Origin: Candidatus Nanobsidianus stetteri
GTDB taxonomy: Archaea > Nanobdellota > Nanobdellia > Nanobdellales > Nanobdellaceae
NCBI GenBank assembly: GCA_000387965.1
Contig: APJZ01000002.1
Location: 120,001-152,000 of the forward strand
Direction of reading: 5' to 3'
DNA: 32,000 bases
The first letter of the stretch is position 1. Each line of letters begins with the position of its first letter. The notes beneath the pieces are model-generated. The model made no database searches. It saw nothing but the letters and a program-made list of their open reading frames with translations, and was not told the origin of the DNA. The translations under genes and the position numbers were made by a program. Shown in pieces: positions 7,227 through 13,998 of the stretch.

Positions 7227-9433
7227 TTTATATATATTGTTAATTGATCTTTATATAATGTATTTACCATTGTTGTATTTAAAACATATATATTAAAGTT
7301 TTCTGAATATGTATAATTATTTACAATATTCCCTTGATATATTTTCCCATTAAATATTGTTATGTTTAAATTATTAAAATAAAAATATGCCTTTTGATAA
7401 TCTTTAGATAAATTAATTAAATTATTTAGATTTATTACATTTATTGGTTTAATATAATTTATTTCAATATATGGAATTTGAGTAGAAAATGCTAAATATA
7501 ATGCAGTCTGTTTATCTAAATTTGGATTTGAATATAGATAGAAGTAATAATTTTGATAATTATAATTATCATTTAATGTTGCATTTAAGAAATAAAGATT
7601 ATTATAATTATCAAAAGAGGAAACATATGAAATATTTATTATAGGATTATAATTTGTATATAATATTGAATCTAGATAGTATGTGTTGCATGTTGTTATT
7701 TGTATACAACTCCCTATCATGCATGTAGTTGTTGTTGTGCATATTTGGTATCTTCTCATTAATGTTATTCCATTTTCATAATAATAGTAGAGATATCCAT
7801 TATATAAATTGTTTAGATTAAATATTTTGTTATAAATATTTGTTGAGTCTAAAACAAAACCATAATTAGATTGTGAAGTATTCCAAAATATCATATTATT
7901 TGAATTATAGTATTTTTCTGTATTAAATACATACCAATAAGTATTAGAAAATATTATATCCTTTATAGATAGATTTGTAGAATTATATAGATATAATAAA
8001 GCTAATGAATCATTATAAACATAAGGAGTTAAATTATAAGACTCATATTCAGAAGTATAAAAAGAAAATCCAATAAACAGATATAAATTATATATATTTA
8101 AATAACTTGATGGAATAGAATAATAGTTATTACCCATATCTGTTAAATAAGAAAAATATGCTAAGTTATTATTATATATTGTAAAGTTGTTATTAGAATT
8201 AGACGATCCTAGATCATTATATTGAGAAAAATCATAAGTTAAATTTGGACCCATAATAAATTTATAATTATAAGTAAAATTTGGTTGATAAATTACTTTT
8301 ATATTTGGCATTACATTATATGGAATTAAATTTATATAATATGCATAAATATTTTGACCATATATTTGTAAATTATCATTATTGTCATTATTATAACAAT
8401 AATAAACATATAAAGAATTTGGATTTCCAAAAGATGGCAGATTTATATTACAATTATCTCCTAATTGTATATAAGCATTATAATAACCATTATTTTGAAT
8501 ATTAAATAATATTAAATAATTACCTTTTGGAATACTATTTTTATAAGTAATTTCGAAGCTATTATCTTGTGTACTATAAATATGATCTCCATAGTTTATA
8601 TATGAAATAGTTATAGGAGTATTATTTGTCCAATATTGACTAAACTGTTGATAATTTTGATAACTAAAATTATCATATACTGGAAATATTTCTTTTCCAT
8701 CAACTGAATAACTATTTATCCCATTTATTGGAGAAATATTTAATATTACATAACCATATGGAGATATATTTAAATCAACCCAAATTCCATAAGCATTATT
8801 ATTAAAACTATTGCAATTTAAATTATTATTTAAATAACAAAAATAATAATTATTTCCATTTAAATCTTTTACAGATAGATTATAACCATTCTGTAACCAA
8901 TAAAAAATATCAGTGGAAGTTATAAATACAGGATAATTAATTAATTGTTGATTTGATGGATTTGAAACATTAATTAAAACATATTGAGGTTGATTATTAC
9001 TTATATTAAAATTTAGAAAATTTGCATAAAAGAATATTCCAACATTTGGATCTAGATATGTATTATTTGTATTATTTAATACTCCAGAATAATTTGTTAA
9101 AAAGGATATATTTAATGGATAATAAATTGGAAATGATGTACAAAAATCGTTATATGCATTTTCAAGAATTAAATTATAATATATTTGTGAATTTTGTAAG
9201 CATTGATAATACATAGATAATGGTATTGAAACATTTAATGATAATAAATAATATTTGCTCTCAATTGAATTCAATATATTATTTATATAATTATTATAAT
9301 AATTTATTTGATTATAATTATTGATATTGTTTATTATGTATCCTCTATACATTGCTAAATAGAATGTTAAAAATGAAATAAAAATTACTATTGCAATTAC
9401 ACCTTCTATTTCCTTTACTATCCCTCTAACCAT
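7223..9433 (-). CDS. Large Asn/Tyr-rich putative surface protein with N-terminal prepilin-like or anchor segment
   Basis: 736 aa. MVRG then IVKEIEGVIAIVIFISFLTFYLAMY. The rest is dominated by N and Y with very many N-x-S/T sequons. Its start overlaps the ATPase stop by 16 nt. Confidence 0.5.
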   Translation of the reverse strand: MVRGIVKEIEGVIAIVIFISFLTFYLAMYRGYIINNINNYNQINYYNNYINNILNSIESKYYLLSLNVSIPLSMYYQCLQNSQIYYNLILENAYNDFCTSFPIYYPLNISFLTNYSGVLNNTNNTYLDPNVGIFFYANFLNFNISNNQPQYVLINVSNPSNQQLINYPVFITSTDIFYWLQNGYNLSVKDLNGNNYYFCYLNNNLNCNSFNNNAYGIWVDLNISPYGYVILNISPINGINSYSVDGKEIFPVYDNFSYQNYQQFSQYWTNNTPITISYINYGDHIYSTQDNSFEITYKNSIPKGNYLILFNIQNNGYYNAYIQLGDNCNINLPSFGNPNSLYVYYCYNNDNNDNLQIYGQNIYAYYINLIPYNVMPNIKVIYQPNFTYNYKFIMGPNLTYDFSQYNDLGSSNSNNNFTIYNNNLAYFSYLTDMGNNYYSIPSSYLNIYNLYLFIGFSFYTSEYESYNLTPYVYNDSLALLYLYNSTNLSIKDIIFSNTYWYVFNTEKYYNSNNMIFWNTSQSNYGFVLDSTNIYNKIFNLNNLYNGYLYYYYENGITLMRRYQICTTTTTCMIGSCIQITTCNTYYLDSILYTNYNPIINISYVSSFDNYNNLYFLNATLNDNYNYQNYYFYLYSNPNLDKQTALYLAFSTQIPYIEINYIKPINVINLNNLINLSKDYQKAYFYFNNLNITIFNGKIYQGNIVNNYTYSENFNIYVLNTTMVNTLYKDQLTIYIK

Positions 9434-10716
9434 AATCTCTTTCTAATTAAAGTTGGGTCTGAACCCCCATGCCAAGAAACCCTAGGTTTCATTTGAACTG
9501 GATATATTCTCTCAGATTTATCATCTAAAATTAAAGCGGCACCCTTTTTCTTTGGTAAATTATCATTCATATATATATCAATATCCTGTGCAGTAAAATT
9601 TTTCATTATTTCATTTAAAGATTTTAGATCTCTTTCTGCAGTTACTCTATGTGATATAACTATATCACTTTGGGTAATTACATCTGTATGCATTTTACCA
9701 GGTTGTTGAGTTGCCAATACTAATGTTATACCTGGTTGTCTTCCTTCTCTTATTATTTGTATTAATGGTTCTGTTGCTGGTGTAATTGAATCGTTTGGAA
9801 GTGCTTCATGTGCCTCATCAATTGCAATCCATATTAATGGAAATTCTCTTGTACCCAATTCTTTTGAAATATATATTTCTTCCAATTCTTCTACCTTCCT
9901 ATATATTAATCTTTGGTAAAATATTTTCTTAGATATTAATCCAATTACTAAGTTTTTTATCGACCATCCGCCAGTTATTGCAGTATATAGAGATATATCT
10001 AATATATTTATATAACCCGGCTTTGTTAAATTTCTTATACTTTCAGCTTTTTCAGAAAATAATCCCCAGCTATCTGCATTTTCAAAGTATGTAGTTATAG
10101 CATTTTTCATATTACTATCTATATCCAATTTTTCTGTATAACTTATTATATCTTGTATAGAATATCCATTATTATTTTCTTTCATCCTTTTTATAATTTT
10201 TTGTATATATAATGCAATATTTGATGTTGGATCCAAATTAAATGTTAAAACCCATTCAATTCCTGATAGATCTGCAGGATTTAATTGAAAAACGTCATCT
10301 ATAGGAATATTTATATTTCTATATTCATCTAATAAACCTTTAGGAACTATTATTCTACAATTTTTTATTGATTTTGGTTTTAAACCCCATTTTTCCAATA
10401 ATTCAGCATCTCTATAATTTGGAAATTTCATTGTCCAAAATATTCCCATTGTATCAAATATTAATCCTGAGAAATTATTTAATAAATCTTTTTCAAGATC
10501 TGATAAACTTTCAAATATTGAAGCTAATGTATAACTTTTTCCTTGTCCTCTTTTTCCAGCAATTAATATTAAATGTGGTAGATTTACATCTAAATAAACT
10601 GTATTTGCTAAAGATAAAGCATTTTCCATTTTTATATATTCTTTACCTATGAAAATTGAACCTTTTAAACCATATTTTTCTAAATCATCCAATGATCTTC
10701 CTATAATAATATCCAT
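9418..10716 (-). CDS. HerA/FtsK-superfamily P-loop ATPase (DUF87 / COG0433-like)
   Basis: 432 aa. Walker A is HLILIAGKRGQGKSYTL and Walker B is LIWIAIDEAHEAL. These are followed by EGRQPGITLVLATQQPGKMHTDVITQSDIVISHRV and C-terminal RVSWHGG, the pattern of archaeal HerA-like ATPases. No TM segment seen. Confidence 0.7.
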   Translation of the reverse strand: MDIIIGRSLDDLEKYGLKGSIFIGKEYIKMENALSLANTVYLDVNLPHLILIAGKRGQGKSYTLASIFESLSDLEKDLLNNFSGLIFDTMGIFWTMKFPNYRDAELLEKWGLKPKSIKNCRIIVPKGLLDEYRNINIPIDDVFQLNPADLSGIEWVLTFNLDPTSNIALYIQKIIKRMKENNNGYSIQDIISYTEKLDIDSNMKNAITTYFENADSWGLFSEKAESIRNLTKPGYINILDISLYTAITGGWSIKNLVIGLISKKIFYQRLIYRKVEELEEIYISKELGTREFPLIWIAIDEAHEALPNDSITPATEPLIQIIREGRQPGITLVLATQQPGKMHTDVITQSDIVISHRVTAERDLKSLNEIMKNFTAQDIDIYMNDNLPKKKGAALILDDKSERIYPVQMKPRVSWHGGSDPTLIRKRLWLEG

Positions 10717-10794
10717 AATCTTATGTAAACTTTTATAATTAATAAATTAATAATGCAAAGTGAATATTTAGATATACTCTTAAAAAATAAATTA

Positions 10795-10865
10795 TGCACC
10801 CGCCGGGATTTGAACCCGGGCCGCGGGCTTGGAAGGCCCGCATCCTGCCACTAGACGACGGGTGC
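10795..10865 (-). tRNA. tRNA-Gly (anticodon UCC)
   Basis: Minus strand reads GCACCCG-TC-GTCT-AGTGGCA-GGAT-G-CGGGC-CTTCCAA-GCCCG-CGGC-CCGGG-TTCAAAT-CCCGG-CGGGTGC-A. All four stems pair. No CCA encoded and no intron. Confidence 0.9.
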
Positions 10866-11084
10866 AATATATATTCTTAATAAAGTTAATATTATTAAAC
10901 TTTGTAATCCTACTAATTAAAATATCTCGAGAGAAATAATGATGATATTTTAATTTATTTAGATGAAAATATGGTTAGTTATAAACAATATTATAAAAAT
11001 TATAATATTTATACTGTATATTATAAATTATATTTTATAGAAAATATTGACAAGAAATTAAAAAAGAAGATTTTATAAAGGCAA

Positions 11085-11156
11085 TGGACCCGCCGGGATT
11101 TGAACCCGGGATCTCCGGCTAGCCAGGCCGACATCCTACGACTAGACTACGGGCCC
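11085..11156 (-). tRNA. tRNA-Ala (anticodon GGC)
   Basis: Minus strand reads GGGCCCG-TA-GTCT-AGTCGTA-GGAT-G-TCGGC-CTGGCTA-GCCGG-AGATC-CCGGG-TTCAAAT-CCCGG-CGGGTCC-A. The G3:U70 pair and A73 fit alanine identity. No CCA encoded. Confidence 0.85.
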
Positions 11157-11247
11157 AATAAATTCTAAATATCCTTTAAGTTTATATATAATATGCTAGA
11201 ATGGTATATACTTTTGTATTATAAATATCCCTTACTTTAAATTCATC

Positions 11248-11259
11248 TAGAGTTATTAT
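11248..11259. repeat. Inverted copy (TAGAGTTATTAT) of the ATAATAACTCTA motif
   Basis: It is the reverse complement of 11319..11330. Confidence 0.6.
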
Positions 11260-11320
11260 CAATCCTTTTTTAGGTTTATACCTTTTAATAAATGTATAAA
11301 AACCTTTATATGCATGTCAT

Positions 11321-11369
11321 AATAACTCTATTATTTTTTCAGTCTTTGTAAAAATAACTCTATTATTTT
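11321..11369. repeat. Two exact direct copies of the 17-mer AATAACTCTATTATTTT (11321..11337 and 11353..11369)
   Basis: Read directly from the sequence. The period is 32 nt, inside the largest non-coding gap of the window. Confidence 0.75.
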
Positions 11370-11537
11370 ATCATTTATTGTTTAGAATAATAAAAAGTAT
11401 ATACTGAGAAAATGATTAAGGGAAAGATGGCTGAAAAGCTATAAGAATTGATTTAAGATTGTTATCAGATATATTAGAAGAAATGCAACAATTATTTTAA
11501 TTTTTAAAAATCTAAAATAAATAAAAACCCTAAATTT

Positions 11538-11732
11538 TTATGCTTGTAATTTATCTCCTACTTTCTTTATTGATCCCTCCTTTAATAATCTTGATACTAA
11601 TGCTTTTATAACCCTAACCCTTGTTCTTGGTCTCTTAGATTTTACTGCTTTAATTACTTCATCAATGGTTTTTGGAGTTTTTAATAATTCCAATAAAAGT
11701 TCCTTTAATGTTTTTCTTCTTCTAACTGCCAT
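11538..11732 (-). CDS. Small basic protein, possible winged-helix DNA/RNA-binding protein (function unknown)
   Basis: 64 aa, Lys/Arg-rich (MAVRRRKTLKELLLELLKTPKTIDEVIKAV...), helical pattern. No family recognised. Confidence 0.35.
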   Translation of the reverse strand: MAVRRRKTLKELLLELLKTPKTIDEVIKAVKSKRPRTRVRVIKALVSRLLKEGSIKKVGDKLQA

Positions 11733-11820
11733 ATATTATTATTGTTTAAATTAATTTATAAATTTATATCAACAATTTTTAAAAAATATTTTATTTTATA
11801 TTTCTAAAATATTTTATATT

Positions 11821-12555
11821 ATGGATACTAAAATAAAAGAATTAATAAATAAATCTAATATATTGCTTGAAATATTAGATGCAAGGTTTCCAAAATTATG
11901 TAGAATAGAATATATAGAAAAATATATAAAAAATAAAAATAAGGACCTAATATTAGTTTTAAATAAATCAGATTTGGTAAGTGAAGATTTTTTAAAGAAA
12001 GTAGTAGAAGAATTTAGTAAAGAATATATAACGGTATATATGTCAGCAATATATAGAAAAGGAAGTAGAAAATTAAGAGAAGCAATAAAAAAAGTTGGAA
12101 AGAAATATGAAAAAGCATATATTGGAGTATTTGGATATCCAAATACTGGAAAATCTTCAATAGTAAATATTTTAGTTGGAAGAAGAAGTGCTGGTACTTC
12201 TCCAAAACCAGGTTTTACAAAACATTTACAAATAATTAAATTATCTAGAAAATATTATTTAATTGATTCTCCAGGTATCGTTGAAACAAAAAATAAATAT
12301 TTATTATCAATTTTGGGAGCATATGATATAGATAAATTGGATCATCCAGAAAAGGCAGTTTTATATTTATATAAAAAGATAGGTAAAAAACCATTTGAAG
12401 AATATTACAATATAAATATAGAAAATATAAGAGATTTATTTATTAAATTAAGGGAAAAATATAATATAAAGAAAGATTCTTATTGGATAAAAAGAGTTTC
12501 AAAGATTATATTATATGATTGGCAAAAAGGAAAAATAAAGGCTTTTTTTCTTTAA
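11821..12555 (+). CDS. Circularly permuted GTPase (YlqF/RbgA/YawG-like ribosome biogenesis GTPase)
   Basis: 244 aa. G4 (LNKSDL) precedes G1 (GYPNTGKSSIVN) and G3 (DSPG), the permuted motif order of this family. Confidence 0.75.
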   Translation: MDTKIKELINKSNILLEILDARFPKLCRIEYIEKYIKNKNKDLILVLNKSDLVSEDFLKKVVEEFSKEYITVYMSAIYRKGSRKLREAIKKVGKKYEKAYIGVFGYPNTGKSSIVNILVGRRSAGTSPKPGFTKHLQIIKLSRKYYLIDSPGIVETKNKYLLSILGAYDIDKLDHPEKAVLYLYKKIGKKPFEEYYNINIENIRDLFIKLREKYNIKKDSYWIKRVSKIILYDWQKGKIKAFFL

Positions 12556-12610
12556 CCGCGGTTTCACCAGCTTCATACTCGGAATTCCTCATCGATTAGG
12601 AGGTGCGATA
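12556..12610. other. Short GC-rich island packed with 6-8 bp palindromes, function unknown
   Basis: CCGCGG (12556), GGAATTCC (12581) and ATCGAT (12591), followed by AGGAGGTG. About half G+C in a genome that is otherwise about a quarter G+C. Begins right after the GTPase stop codon. Confidence 0.3.
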
Positions 12611-12645
12611 ATAATTATATACTTTTTGAAATTATAAAAATATAT

Positions 12646-12694
12646 ATGAAGAAATCGATGTCGACTGAAAGATGATGAAAAGAGGGTATTCAGA
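12646..12694 (+). ncRNA. Candidate box C/D sRNA (49 nt)
   Basis: ATGAAGA(C)-aatcgatgtcga(12)-CTGA(D')-aag-ATGATGA(C')-aaagagggtatt(12)-CAGA(D). Spacing is exactly that of archaeal C/D sRNAs. The outer boxes are non-consensus (U5 to A in C, U2 to A in D). Lies in the convergent gap between the GTPase and dys genes. Confidence 0.5.
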
Positions 12695-13636
12695 TTATAA
12701 AAATTCAGATATAATTATTGGCAATATAATTGTTATATCACCCCATATATTTACATGTTTTGCATTTTTTCTAATTTTTTTCCATGTTATTGCTTCCTTT
12801 GTTTTTGCTCCAGATAAACTTCCATCCAATTCATTTGCAGAGCTAATATATACTGCATATTCCAATCCTCCAGAGAATTGTGCCCACCATATTGTATGAT
12901 GTTTCGATATTCCTCCTCCCAAAATCAATGCCCCAACCTTTTTTTCTCCAAAGAATTTTGATGCCAAAAATTTTTCATCTTCCCATACAGATACCTGTAT
13001 TTCTGGATAATCATATTCTTTCATTAATATTTGTGTTCCAACTGCACCATCTGTAATTCCAGGTACAATTATTGGTATATTATTTTTATATGACCAATAT
13101 ATTATACTTTCTTCCTTTTTATCAAATTTTTCTAATCTTTTTCCTATTTCAAATATTAACTCATAAGTGGATATTAAATTCTTATTCTTATTCTTTAATT
13201 CCTTAAATATATCATCTAAAATTGGTCTTAATGTATTTTCAATTGCTATACCATAATTTTCTTCTGGTATATAAATATTACCCAATCTTAATATTCCTTC
13301 TTCTCTTAATTTTATATCATCAGAATCAAAATATCCTAAATAATAATCCTTTGTTAATCTTGCAATATCATGATCCAATGTTCCTGTTGTTGTAATAACT
13401 ATATCAAATAACTTATTTTTAATAATATCCTTAATTACTCCTCTTATTCCAGTTGCAATAATATCTGCAGGAAAACTTAATACTTTAATTGTATTCTTAT
13501 CATTTAGCATTTCTTTTAATATTTCATATCCTCTATACAATTCTTGTGCTTGAAATCCTCCTATATATTTAAATTGTTCAATTAGATCCTTTATTTTCAT
13601 ATCTTTATTTATCTTTAAATCTCTCACATTATCCAT
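12695..13636 (-). CDS. dys: Deoxyhypusine synthase
   Basis: 313 aa. Motifs include FPADIIATGIRG, TTTGTLDHD and LILGGGISKHH, typical of DHS. Confidence 0.85.
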   Translation of the reverse strand: MDNVRDLKINKDMKIKDLIEQFKYIGGFQAQELYRGYEILKEMLNDKNTIKVLSFPADIIATGIRGVIKDIIKNKLFDIVITTTGTLDHDIARLTKDYYLGYFDSDDIKLREEGILRLGNIYIPEENYGIAIENTLRPILDDIFKELKNKNKNLISTYELIFEIGKRLEKFDKKEESIIYWSYKNNIPIIVPGITDGAVGTQILMKEYDYPEIQVSVWEDEKFLASKFFGEKKVGALILGGGISKHHTIWWAQFSGGLEYAVYISSANELDGSLSGAKTKEAITWKKIRKNAKHVNIWGDITIILPIIISEFL

Positions 13637-13664
13637 TTATAAAGTTTATATAAAAAATTTTAAA
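13637..13664. promoter_or_regulatory. 28-bp divergent intergenic region that must hold both promoters (dys and the tRNA-binding protein gene)
   Basis: TTATAAAGTTTATATAAAAAATTTTAAA. TATA-like elements on both strands lie about 25 nt from the opposite start codons, implying leaderless mRNAs. Confidence 0.4.
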
Positions 13665-13994
13665 ATGGATTATATAACGATAGATGAATTTTTGAAAGTA
13701 AAATTGGTTGTTGGAAAGGTTATAGATGTGCAAGATCATCCGAATGCAGATAGATTATATATATTAAAAGTTGATTTGGGAAATGAGGTAAGACAAATTG
13801 TATCTGGAATAAAACAATGGTATAAAAAGGAAGAATTATTAAATAAAAAAATAATAATTGTTTATAATTTACAACCAAAAAGTTTTAGAGGGGTAGAATC
13901 TCAAGGAATGCTTTTAGCTGCAGAGGATGGAAATGGTAATTTATCATTATTAACTGTTGATAGAGATATAAAAGAAGGATCTTTTGTACATTAA
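13665..13994 (+). CDS. tRNA-binding domain protein (Trbp111/CsaA/MetRS C-terminal-like OB fold)
   Basis: 109 aa; LVVGKVIDVQDHPNADRLYILKVDLG...SGI...VESQGMLLAAED is the classic tRNA-binding OB-fold pattern. Confidence 0.8.
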   Translation: MDYITIDEFLKVKLVVGKVIDVQDHPNADRLYILKVDLGNEVRQIVSGIKQWYKKEELLNKKIIIVYNLQPKSFRGVESQGMLLAAEDGNGNLSLLTVDRDIKEGSFVH

Positions 13995-13998
13995 AAAT

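Noticed and set aside
10939-10975. ATGATGA at 10939 followed by AGATGAAA, considered as a C/D sRNA between the two tRNA genes.
   Set aside because: No CTGA/CAGA-type D or D' box at 10-13 nt after either C-like box, on either strand.
10796-11110. 23-nt exact repeat ACCCGCCGGGATTTGAACCCGGG at 10798 and 11088, considered as a possible att site or mobile-element boundary.
   Set aside because: It is simply the shared T-arm plus 3' acceptor strand of the two tRNA genes. No integrase, partial tRNA duplicate or foreign gene block lies between or beside them.
11412-11469. ATGATTA-12 nt-CTGA at 11412..11434, followed by a TGATTT...CAGA arrangement, considered as a third C/D sRNA.
   Set aside because: Only the first half has correct spacing. 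The C box lacks G6, C' is UGAUUU, the loop between D' and C' is 13 nt and the second spacer is 11 nt. This is too degenerate in AT-rich sequence to call without expression data. It is mentioned in the gap finding instead.
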